Part shown: positions 49,291-60,860 of the stretch, piece after piece | Layout of the letters: every line of letters starts with the position of its first letter | Position numbering within the stretch: position 1 is the first letter of the stretch | DNA from: Octopus bimaculoides | Taxonomy: Eukaryota | DNA: 64,000 nucleotides | Direction of reading: 5' to 3' | Assembly (NCBI RefSeq): GCF_001194135.2 | Contig: NC_068981.1 | Coordinates: 81,431,858 to 81,495,857 of the forward strand | Made by a program: the position numbers and the translations under genes | Notes under the pieces: generated by a model | The model's database searches: none | The model's input: the letters and a program-made list of their open reading frames with translations, nothing else | Told to the model about the DNA's origin: nothing

Positions 49291-51859
49291 CTGTTGGTTC
49301 CAGACCGATTCGGTAAGCTTTATAAAGCCGGAAGGGTGTTGGTAGTAGTTTCTTTGACGTGAGTTCGAATTGTTACACACTGTTATTGTTAGTCGTAATA
49401 CCTTGTGTAGTTGCGGATGCATAACTTACGACGCGTTCCATTTCTCCTCTTTTCACCACTTCACCCATAAATAAAATAATCTCCCATTTCATTTTGTAGT
49501 CATTGGTTACACCATGTGTTTGAAGAATTTTAAAACGTGACGCTAAAGGATTAATGTCGCCTCTGATGACACGCAAGTAGAATGTATACTTAAACAATCA
49601 TGAAGTGATGCCTTCTGATGGTAATAACGATTTCTGACACAATCATTAAATCTCATAATCAATACAAATGAATTGTCAGAACCTAAAAATAGAAACCAGA
49701 CTATGGGCTCAGTTTACTGAAGATTTTCTGCCCAACAACATCTTTGACGATAATGACATATAATCAATTTATACTTGTTGTGAAGAGGATTTTAATTACT
49801 TTATTAACTCCCGGTTTGATTTCTACTTCGAGATTCCGAAGCAGATATCATAAAAACTACCGCCAACCTTTTCTCAATGCTGTCAACATAGAAACAATAT
49901 GACAGTCATGAAACAGAAAAATGACTTTCGTTACGTCTATGAAGGCACAACTGGTTACATCAAGAGCTTCGATATTTGGTCTCAAATGTGATGAAAATGT
50001 AAGAATCTGAACTATTGAGATAAGAGTGGAATCGCTTACAACATTTCACAGAAACTGATTTATGCAAAAACCATTACTTTCCTTTTCGTAGTGTTAGGGT
50101 AGGTGTAATACTGCTCGATTATTAACAAGATAATCCACCGTAAACTCATTTATCAACTCGACAGCTTAGACTATATAACACGCAGCTGTCAAATGGTACG
50201 TTTTTTTTATGCACAATTGCAAAAAATTCATTCAGGAAAACAGAAGAAAATGTTCTGTTTCAATGCATTCACTTAACTTTTAATGCTTTTCACATGTATA
50301 ACAAGAAATTGTGTCATCGAATCCCTGGTTTATCTGTTTAATAGATTTGGTTTTGATTTCTGTCATTGGTACAAGGGTACATATTTCGTGGAGAGTGGGG
50401 GTAGTCAGTTTAATCACACCTAATATTTAACTAGTACTTTTTGTCGACATGGGAAGTATGTAAAGATAAGTTAATCCCGGCAAGGTTTTGACGTAGAGCG
50501 TTAAGGAATAGAAGCATATACAGTAGAACACTTTTTGCCGGTGCTCTGGATATTCTACCTGATTACCGCTCTTTCGCTCGTTAATATTATGATCAATACA
50601 TAAGTTTTAGATGTGGTGGGTGGTAGATTCTATTATCTTGACATCGAGGTTTGACTGGTGCTCATTTTATCGATTTCAAAATGAAGTTAAAGTCGGCCGA
50701 AGTGGAATTTGAATCCATAAAGTAAAGAAAAGTAACTATATACAAGTAATTTTTTTTTTTTTGGCTTTCTATCGTTTCTGCCATTAACTTTTTCGCAATA
50801 TTGATTTCTAAAATTGGCACATGACTAGACGATTACAGTCGATTAAATCGCAGCAGTACGTTACTGCTTATTCAATCGTTCTCCAGAGGGATTAAGGCCA
50901 AAGTTGATTTCGACTGTATTTGAATTCAGAATGCAAAAGAATATAACTAAACATTGCCAACCATTTTATTCGTCGCCTTGCAAACTCTCCCAAACCACTG
51001 TCTTTTACTGATTCATAATATTTCAAATACCAAATATATGAAGAAAATTAGTCAATTGTCATCTGGATTCGAACATATTTGTCCCAGTTTTATTAAAACT
51101 CATTAAAACTTTTAATGGGAATTCACTCAGATGGGTGATTAATATGATATGAAAGAATTATACTTCTTATACCTGTATAATGCTTCAAATATCTTTATAC
51201 TGCGGTGTGTTAAAAAATTTAAAGGATTTTCATCGAGGAAATTCATTCATACTTGTGAGATTTTGTTTGGTATGGTTGAAACCAAAATCTGATATTCAAT
51301 AGAATTATTCTACTACGTAGCCCGTCCGTCACCGACTAACAGTTAAAAGCTGCTCAAGTCAGAATTGGGGACAGACGTCTTTCAACTCAAAATTCCTGAT
51401 CTACAATGGAGTCTAAATATTTCTTCTCAGGCTCTTTACGCTTTGAGTTCAAATCTTGCCAAAGTCAACTTTCCTTTTTATCCTTCCGAGGTCAATAAAA
51501 ATATCTTCTACTCTGGTTGGCTATTGAAACTAGGATGCCTGCCAATTCCAAGCACATATAAAAGGGGTGGAGTGAGCTAATGGTTAGTAGGTCTTCCATA
51601 CCAACCTGTCAAGAAAATAATGAAGTAGAACGCCACAGAAAATATCCAGAGATATCAAATACCTTTGCAGATCAGAGCTAGGCATAGCTAGAGGGGATGA
51701 AATAATGTGCGTCGCAGTAAGGGACAGACTAAAGATTTAAAGTTTACAAATGTAATGCATTTACAAAAAGTAATTTTCTTCCCCATTCATCTATGTTAAT
51801 CTTCTATGTAAGCATGGTGCGAATGTTAAAATCAGAACGTAACGACGAGCGAAATACCA

Positions 51860-54035
51860 ATTTCTTTATTTCCCACCAGGGGCTAAACATAGAAATGGAC
51901 AGAACAACTGATAGGATCAGTAAATCGGTATGATTTTACATAAAATATGACTTTTAAAAATTAAATAAAATATATAAAAAAATCNNNNNNNNNNTTCACC
52001 GGACAACTGGTGTTCAGCATAAGCCCACATTTAAGATATATCCGGACACTGAACAATAGCGTGAGGGACGGTTTCCCTGTCTCCCCCGCATCTTGGATAA
52101 CTCGGCGACTGACGCTTACCGTGTCTTGCGAGCTTATCCCAAACGGGCAAGGCACCTCTATAGCATTGTCAGATTAAGGACTTTTGGAAGTTGTTCAACG
52201 TTCTCAACCCGAATGTACGGTGAAACAGGCTGTCCAGCTGAATAAACCCGTCGCATTCAGTCTCTACCAACCCACTATATAAAATCCGTGTGGAACCCCC
52301 ACAACTGGCGTTGCCTGAGCGCCGGAATAGCAAGAGGGCCTTACGGCACTCTTTATGTCATTCACTCGACATCGNNNNNNNNNNNNNNNNNNNNNNNNNN
52401 NNNNNNNNNNNNNNNNNNNNNNNNNNNNNNNNNNNNNNNNNNNNNNNNNNNNNNNNNNNNNNNNNNNNNNNNNNNNNNNNNNNNNNNNNNNNNNNNNNNN
52501 NNNNNNNNNNNNNNNNNNNNNNNNNNNNNNNNNNNNNNNNNNNNNNNNNNNNNNNNNNNNNNNNNNNNNNNNNNNNNNNNNNNNNNNNNNNNNNNNNNNN
52601 NNNNNNNNNNNNNNNNNNNNNNNNNNNNNNNNNNNNNNNNNNNNNNNNNNNNNNNNNNNNNNNNNNNNNNNNNNNNNNNNNNNNNNNNNNNNNNNNNNNN
52701 NNNNNNNNNNNNNNNNNNNNNNNNNNNNNNNNNNNNNNNNNNNNNNNNNNNNNNNNNNNNNNNNNNNNNNNNNNNNNNNNNNNNNNNNNNNNNNNNNNNN
52801 NNNNNNNNNNNNNNNNNNNNNNNNNNNNNNNNNNNNNNNNNNNNNNNNNNNNNNNNNNNNNNNNNNNNNNNNNNNNNNNNNNNNNNNNNNNNNNNNNNNN
52901 NNNNNNNNNNNNNNNNNNNNNNNNNNNNNNNNNNNNNNNNNNNNNNNNNNNNNNNNNNNNNNNNNNNNNNNNNNNNNNNNNNNNNNNNNNNNNNNNNNNN
53001 NNNNNNNNNNNNNNNNNNNNNNNNNNNNNNNNNNNNNNNNNNNGCCACCTCCGCCCTCCCCTTGAAGGATAGCCACCGCCAAGACCAGGTCTTGACTACT
53101 GCAGCCACCCTACTCAATACCTCCGTCCAATTCTTCTCTATCTGGAGGCCTGGTCCAAACCAAACTCCGAGCAACTTAACCGGTCCCTCCGTCCAGCGCC
53201 CAACAACGCTGTCTGAAGGCATCGACTTGCCAACCCAGGTGCCGAGCTGCAAGCCGACCGACTTTTCCCGGTTAATCTTTGCTCCTGCCACCTCCTCGTA
53301 AACCTCAATAGTCTTACCCACTTTACGTAGGCGTACTACTGAGGTTACGCTGATAGTGATATATTCCGCGTAAGCCGTAACAAACTCCTCTAGACCTGGT
53401 TCTCTCGGAATGCCACTCAACGTTCGCAGTAGGGGCTCGATAGCCACTATATACAAAAGCGGTGAGAGCGGACATCCTTGACGAACCGAGCGTCTGATGC
53501 AGAACGGCTTCGAAAGGAAACCGTTCACCCGAACTATCGAGTCAATGTTGTGGTACAAAGCGATAAACCACCAAGGCCCAAGGCCCAAGCCGAACCGCGC
53601 AAGCACAGTCGCCAGGTATCGATGGTCAACCCTATCAAAAGCTTTAGACTGGTCCAAATGTACCAATGCCCCACCTTTGCCAGATTTATTACCAACCCTC
53701 TCTATGGTATAGCGAATAAGATGGAGGGTACCCTGAATGGTTCTGTCTAGGATGGCACATGTCTGTGCCTCCCTGACTATACCATTCGCGACACGCACCA
53801 ATCTTTTCGCTACGCGACACGCACCAATCTTTTCTGCGTTTAACAGAGTGATGGGCCTGAAATTCTCTATAACGTCCCCCTTGTTCGGGTTCTTTCTTAC
53901 CAACGACACTACTCCCCGGCGCACAGATCTAGGGATAAACCCATTCTGTTGCCAGTTCGCGTAAACGTCAGCCAGTAGATGTCCGAACAAGTCTGGCATA
54001 CATTTATACAGCTCGTACGGAAGACCATAAGTCCA
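51860..54035 (-). pseudogene. Tx1/L1-clade LINE, 5'-truncated (RT domain, zf-RVT, 3' end)
   Basis: GLPYELY...NFRPITLLNAE...LDQSKAFDRVDH...VRQGCPLSPLLY...AYAEY (catalytic YADD degenerate)...KINREKS...KLLGVWFG; ALPVWDKL...PRCG...ETVPHAIVQC near 52150-52040; 3' AATAAAGAAAT abuts a SINE-C head fragment. Includes two gaps. Confidence 0.92.
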
Positions 54036-54099
54036 AACAGTTTCTTAGCGAGAGAAGACTGACAAAACCTTATGCGAACTTTCTACATGAAAATGTCTG

Positions 54100-54878
54100 G
54101 GATCTAGTTCAAAACGGGGGCACCAGTTTTCATTTATGTTTTATGTAGTGTTTTTGGTACCGAAAGACTTTCAAACTTCGTATACTTATCTATTTTGTGT
54201 TATAGAACAGAGAAAAATTTTTGTATTCGAAGTTATTTCATGTAAAAAATTGTCTTATTTCGATANNNNNNNNNNNNNNNNNNNNNNNNNNNNNNNNNNN
54301 NNNNNNNNNNNNNNNNNNNNNNNNNNNNNNNNNNNNNNNNNNNNNNNNNNNNNNNNNNNNNNNNNNNNNNNNNNNNNNNNNNNNNNNNNNNNNNNNNNNN
54401 NNNNNNNNNNNNNNNNNNNNNNNNNNNNNNNNNNNNNNNNNNNNNNNNNNNNNNNNNNNNNNNNNNNNNNNNNNNNNNNNNNNNNNNNNNNNNNNNNNNN
54501 NNNNNNNNNNNNNNNNNNNNNNNNNNNNNNNNNNNNNNNNNNNNNNNNNNNGTGCCTATAATAGAAAGGTTTATTAGCTACTGCCAATATGCTTCAGCCA
54601 TTTTTTGACAAGGAAATAATAATTTTATCACCGCCAGAATCGTTTGAGAATCGTTTGTTTACGTAGTCAGCACTTACTGTATTCGGCTGAATGGACGTCA
54701 GTGATTGGTTGAAATTACAGAAATACGACAACTTTAACATGAAATAAGTTGCAATATAATAATTTTTCTTAAGAAGACTAAGAGAAAAAGATGTTTTATA
54801 TGACACATTCTACCAGTGTCCCAAGTTTCAAAGTGTTTTGTTAAGAAAATACTGGCGCCCCCGTTTTGAACTAGATCC
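54100..54878. mobile_element. MITE with GG-initiated ~28-bp TIRs and 8-bp TSD (Merlin-like or hAT-like)
   Basis: TIRs GGATCTAGTTCAAAACGGGGGC(A/G)CCAGT; TSD AATGTCTG at 54092-54099 and 54879-54886; contains a 286-N gap. Confidence 0.9.
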
Positions 54879-55026
54879 AATGTCTGTTCAAAAGTATGTT
54901 AAAGATGATGTCGGATAGGTATGTTAAAGAAAATCGGACAGGTAAGTACAAATTCCTTAGAAAATGAAGTGGCAAAGATAAAATACAATCTTTGACTAGG
55001 AATATTGTAAATACACAATTTCACCT

Positions 55027-55142
55027 CAAATTTCTTCGATAGCAAGACAATCTTTTCTACTATAGAAATTTGGGGGAAGGGGCTACAAATTTCTTCGATA
55101 GCAAGACAATCCTTTCTACTATATGAAATTTTGGGGGAGGGG
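55027..55142. repeat. 59-bp tandem duplication at a SINE-C tail
   Basis: CAAATTTCTTCGATAGCAAGACAAT...GGGG(A)AGGGGC at 55027 and 55086. Confidence 0.9.
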
Positions 55143-55292
55143 CCAGTCGATTATATCGACTCCAGCGTTCAATTGCTGTATATTTTATTAACCTTCGAAA
55201 GGATGAAAATCGACCTTGGAAATTGAACTCAGAACTTAAAGGCGGACAAAATGCTGCTAAGCATTTTGTACGACGTACTAACGATTCTGCCA
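55143..55292 (-). mobile_element. SINE family C
   Basis: GTCGATTATATCGAC...CGAAAGGATGAAA...GAACTCAGAAC...GCTAAGCATTT...CTAACGATTCTGCCAGC. Confidence 0.8.
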
Positions 55293-56269
55293 GCTCGTCA
55301 CCTTTCAGAATAAAAACGGTAATATCAGTTCGTGTGAAACGTAAATCTATCAGAAACACAAACGAAGAAAAAGGACTCATGCATAAATTACATGACAAAA
55401 TTAATGATCCATATGTAATCTATAAAGGATTATGGATTTTATTTTACTTGATTTATTACTGTAAAAAAAAAAAGACAAACAACATAAGTAAGACTTGGCT
55501 GCATAGAAATTGACACAAAAAGCAACGAATAACAAAAAGTAAATACACCCGTATAGTTACACTAACATGTACAGAACCTCACTCACTTACAAATACATAC
55601 ACAACCGAAATGTGAATTATGATTAAATGTTAATTACAGTTGGAATGAAAGGCATTGCAAGTAGATGATAAAGTATTTGTTGTTTCACATGAATAAATAT
55701 GTTATAAAGACAGGTTAAATTTTTGTTATGAATGACTCATCCTTAATAATTAGTTAACAGTCGAAAGAAAGCCGAGATAACATGATGAACTGTTTCCAAA
55801 TAACTAGTGTGTCCGTCCCATTGGAGAATATCTGCTTTGATATAGTTCATTCTTGTGTAACGTACCGTTAGTCCTATCGACATCTAAAGATCGTTTTCGC
55901 TCCTGTTATCCATATAACAGGATGTAGGGGTGGTGGAGAAGCAAGTCGGCTAGACTTGTTGCATGACAGTAGACCAGGTTGATGAAACTTACGGTAAAAG
56001 GAGAATGTATCCAGCTATTTGAGTAACACGCCATCAATTCCAAACAGATATCAGCTAACATGTTTGCTGGCTACAAGGAACAATGGATATAAATTATACA
56101 TAGCAATAAGATATTTCTGGGATTTTGACTAATTGTCACAACTATTTCAATCTGAATACAAGGGTGACAAATCTGGAGTCATAAACCCAGACCCCTACTG
56201 GATTAATGATAACAAAATCCATGTATACATTCGAATAAGTATTACTGTACAAGCTTCAACAAACACTCA

Positions 56270-56274
<5 letters not shown>

Positions 56275-56353
<79 letters not shown>
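56275..56353. repeat. (CA)n microsatellite, representative of dozens of (CA)n, (TA)n, (GA)n, (GATA)n and (ACT/GCT)n tracts
   Basis: Directly visible; others include 21930-21992, 31567-31614, 31716-31761, 40520-40630, 43011-43056. Confidence 0.98.
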
Positions 56354-56358
<5 letters not shown>

Positions 56359-58504
56359 ATAGATATATGATTTAATAAATGAACTCATGAAATATACATT
56401 GATGTATTGATGTATCGATCTATGATATAAATATGTCCAAAGAGAGATATAAAGGCTTTATTTGAATCAATATAAAGATCTTTTCGTTAGTAGCGGAGTT
56501 ATTGTCAATTGATTTAACTCCAGAATATCAAAACATAAAACAAAGGCTAAATATTTATTCCATTCACTGATCCAATTGAATTAATTGTTTAATATTTGTT
56601 AATATAATGCTGACCACCCATCCATGAATATGTGATAAGCATTACAAATGATAATGGAAAAATGAAACTTGAAACGTTTCAGTATTACTAATGTAGTAAT
56701 TTGCAATGCTGGTTATCCTGGTATCACACTGGTTCTTACTTAATGGTCCCTGAAGAGCAAAAACTAAGTTGGTTCGGTAAGCATTTACATTCAGAGCAAT
56801 TAGACGCAGAACTTAGGTTCACATTGAATATCCAGTTTTACTCTTGATGGTTTCCGGGAATACTTACACAAGTGGGACCTACCAATTTTGTTTCTTCATA
56901 ACTTTCAGAAAAATCGGTAACTTTTAATGAAGTTCTCTACAAATACTTTACAAATGGTGTAGATTTCGATTATATTGAAATTTATTGTGAAAACCGTTCT
57001 CGGAGGGAATGGAGGTCAGAAAATTCATATGAGAAAATGTTTGTTTTCTCATAACTTTCAGAAGAAAATGAATATTCTTTTATGAAAGTTTTACAAATGC
57101 CTTTCAGATAGTGTAGATTACAATAATGTCGGTATTTATTGTTGAAAAAAAAAAAAAAAAAATGGACGCACACGCATATATATTGACATACATCACATAA
57201 TTTCAAAATTTGAAGTTTTGTAAATATATATGCGATATGTGTTACTACATTTGTGTACGCGCTCACCATTTTATTTTTCACATTAAATCCCAATACAATC
57301 GTAATCTAGACTATCTGAAATTATAGAAAATTTCATTGAAAAATACAAATTTTTCTGAAAGTTATGAGGAAACAAATGTGAAGGGGGAACTNNNNNNNNN
57401 NNNNNNNNNNNNNNNNNNNNNNNNNNNNNNNNNNNNNNNNNNNNNNNNNNNNNNNNNNNNNNNNNNNNNNNNNNNNNNNNNNNNNNNNNNNNNNNNNNNN
57501 NNNNNNNNNNNNNNNNNNNNNNNNNNNNNNNNNNNNNNNNNNNNNNNNNNNNNNNNNNNNNNNNNNNNNNNNNNNNNNNNNNNNNNNNNNNNNNNNNNNN
57601 NNNNNNNNNNNNNNNNNNNNNNNNNNNNNNNNNNNNNNNNNNNNNNNNNNNNNNNNNNNNNNNNNNNNNNNNNNNNNNNNNNNNNNNNNNNNNNNNNNNN
57701 NNNNNNNNNNNNNNNNNNNNNNNNNNNNNNNNNNNNNNNNNNNNNNNNNNNNNNNNNNNNNNNNNNNNNNNNNNNNNNNNNNNNNNNNNNNNNNNNNNNN
57801 NNNNNNNNNNNNNNNNNNNNNNNNNNNNNNNNNNNNNNNNNNNNNNNNNNNNNNNNNNNNNNNNNNNNNNNNNNNNNNNNNNNNNNNNNNNNNNNNNNNN
57901 NNNNNNNNNNNNNNNNNNNNNNNNNNNNNNNNNNNNNNNNNNNNNNNNNNNNNNNNNNNNNNNNNNNNNNNNNNNNNNNNNNNNNNNNNNNNNNNNNNNN
58001 NNNNNNNNNNNNNNNNNNNNNNNNNNNNNNNNNNNNNNNNNNNNNNNNNNNNNNNNNNNNNNNNNNNNNNNNNNNNNNNNNNNNNNNNNNNNNNNNNNNN
58101 NNNNNNNNNNNNNNNNNNNNNNNNNNNNNNNNNNNNNNNNNNNNNNNNNNNNNNNNNNNNNNNNNNNNNNNNNNNNNNNNNNNNNNNNNNNNNNNNNNNN
58201 NNNNNNNNNNNNNNNNNNNNNNNNNNNNNNNNNNNNNNNNNNNNNNNNNNNNNNNNNNNNNNNNNNNNNNNNNNNNNNNNNNNNNNNNNNNNNNNNNNNN
58301 NNNNNNNNNNNNNNNNNNNNNNNNNNNNNNNNNNNNNNNNNNNNNNAACGAGAGTTGATATAGCATAGATACCAGAGGTATATATATTCCATGAAACTAC
58401 ACTTCAAGTACTGTTCTCTCTTTTTTCAGCACATCACACTCTTTACCACTTCATACTAAAAATATCCGCCTATGGATATAATAATAGATTACTTTATTTT
58501 TTCT

Positions 58505-58553
58505 GTCTCCGATGAAGGGAAGTACTGGATCTTCCCAGAAACAGCTGTAAGAC
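58505..58553 (+). ncRNA. Candidate minimal type-I hammerhead ribozyme (Penelope-like-element type)
   Basis: Helix I GTCT/AGAC; box CCGATGA; helix II GGGAAG/CTTCCC flanked by single As; GAA; palindromic helix III ACAGCTGT; cleavage triplet GTA. Confidence 0.6.
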
Positions 58554-58615
58554 TCTATCCATAAAATTCTTGAACCTTACCTTTGCACTCTTTATCTTTT
58601 TGTTTTTATATATTT

Positions 58616-58665
<50 letters not shown>

Positions 58666-59111
58666 CGTTTTTTCGCTCAAGAATCTTAGTTCCTTATATG
58701 AATTTAAGAAAAATAGCATTACACTCACACACACGCGCGCACACAGACACACACGCGCGCGCACACAGACGCGCGCGCGCGCAGATACACGCTCATGTGC
58801 ATAATTTTATACACACACACACACATGTATATATACGTATATATATATATGCCTACATAGAAGGAGAGAGAGATGAATGGAGGAATATTTATCGATAGAT
58901 CAATATAAACGCATACGTAAGATTAAATCGATCCATCCACTTATCCAGTGTACCAATCTATACATTTAAAGGTAATGTTATATAAATAAATAATGAGTGA
59001 AAGACAGCTTGTTAAATGTATGTTGATATATGTTAGGTTTAATAATTGAGTTAGAAGTAACAAATTTAATGCAGGGAATATTAAATATATTAACTAAGAA
59101 AAGAAGAAAAG

Positions 59112-59154
<43 letters not shown>

Positions 59155-60315
59155 AAAGGAAAGCGATATTAGTTGTCACCTAATATTTAAACTTTTAGTA
59201 TGTCTAGGAGACAACTCTATATATTTATGCCTTATATCTCATCAGTGAGGCACATGTTAGACACATATAGCTATGATTTACTATATAAGTCGAAGAAAGT
59301 TAAGGGTTAATAGTCTTTTAAACATTTTGTAAAGCTGTTTATATAGCTCTGTGCTTTGCTACGCTTGATTAGTGTTTTTTCGAATGAACCGTTTTAACTA
59401 TTCTATAATCAACAGTTCCTGTACAAATACAAAGATTATTGTAACGGTTTCCAAGTTGGCTGAATTAGGAATGACAGTTGTGTAAGATGGTGATACAAGA
59501 ATTCGATATTTCTGGCAATGTTATCAACGTTATCTAATCTAGGTTTGGTCATTCAATTTTAGCTATTAATAAATTGATTTCGATATCACAACATAACGTA
59601 TAGTTAAAGAAACAAAATATATGCAAATTTTCAGTGAATAGACAGAACAGTGGATAGACAGAATAATATATATGCTATTTGTATTTATTAAAGGTTGAGA
59701 TAATATCACTGTAATGAAATACGGAACTATGGACGAGGGAACTTCTACATGACCACTTTACAAAAGTAGAAGCCGTTGTAGTAGTATTAGAAGAGACAAG
59801 AAGAAGCAGCAGCACGTCTAAGAACCAGACATTGTAATACATCAGGCCTTAAATATTTGCCAGACATCTTTTAGTTGTGGTTTATGATGCTTCAGTGTGT
59901 AGCAGCAGAACTATCTCAATCATGTGAGTTAAAATGTGTCACCAGTTTTTTTTTTCTCATTCTCATAAAATAATCAGAAAAACGTCTTAAATTCATTTCT
60001 TGAAGTTACTATTTTCTTCTTAGTCAGCTTGTTTACGCCGTAGTGCAATAAGTAATCTTCAGAGAATCGAGTACGTAGCTTTACTTCCTGGCTGAAGCCA
60101 TTTCACTTCATTTATACTCTCAATGCTCTGGAGAGTATTAACCATTATTATTCCTTCTGTGTGTATATATATTTGTGGCCAGAGTGAGGATGTTGCTACT
60201 GGCTGTCGAGGAGAGATATTTCACTGAGTCTTGTTTGTTGTTTCCTAAGTATATGCTCACATGTTTCTGGGGCAATATTTGTCTTCTGGCCGTTCTCAGT
60301 GTGATAAAATAAGTA

Positions 60316-60860
60316 CGGGACTTGCCCCGAAAGTAATGCAAAATGGGCATAACTCTTTATTGACTGATATAAGTCGTTGAAATTGCGCATGTTGGTTGAG
60401 TAACTCTTCTTTTATAGTAACTATGTTCCTTGTTCTTCATTGCAAAAAAAAAAAAAATAATAATGGGTTCCAAGCAGAACCAACATGCCATAGTTGGGTT
60501 AGACGGCCACAGATAGCTATAAGCTGTTTACAGATATGACACCGTAATGTGTACAGATGAAATTTTTAAGAAGGGGAACACGCAGTGGGAGACATCAATT
60601 GCGATCACTGACACGAATCGCAAAGAGGATATCAAAGTAGTTGACATCCAATTTGTAGAAGAGAATTACGGCAGTCTACTCTGATCTGCCTGAAGCGTTT
60701 GACACCAATGAAGACACGGTTTTTTTTTCTTGATCACGTGACAGGGGACGAAACATAGACGTATTTTTGTGATCCGGAAACGAACACTCAGTCTATGAGA
60801 TGACGTTACACCTTTTCTCCAAGACCTAAAAAGTTCAAGACTATGAGTGCAAGGGTTTTA
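60316..60860 (+). pseudogene. Degenerate mariner (DD34D-type) element: 5' terminus and transposase N-half
   Basis: TA|CGGGACTTGCCCCGAAAGTAATGCA resembles mariner TIRs; FLDHVTGDET*TYFCDPETNTQSMR*RYTFSPRPKKFK matches the mariner IVTGDETW..YDPE...QW...SP.PKK motif. Confidence 0.7.

Larger units (their letters stand above)
3290..58346. other. 15 assembly gaps (N runs), about 5.4 kb in total, scattered between these coordinates
   Basis: 3290-3399, 6937-7081, 22240-22358, 24446-24718, 27288-27995, 30175-30379, 31615-31704, 32576-33522, 36133-36843, 43057-43180, 45791-45800, 51985-51994, 52375-53043, 54266-54551, 57392-58346. Confidence 1.

Noticed and set aside
24398-58407. Long ORFs in the track (e.g. 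27207-28019, 32541-33613, 35989-36851, 57283-58407)
   Set aside because: They consist almost entirely of X residues from N-gaps and carry no coding evidence.
59111-59152. Long poly-A as a retrocopy tail
   Set aside because: There is no upstream coding or SINE body and no TSD; it is more likely a simple expansion.
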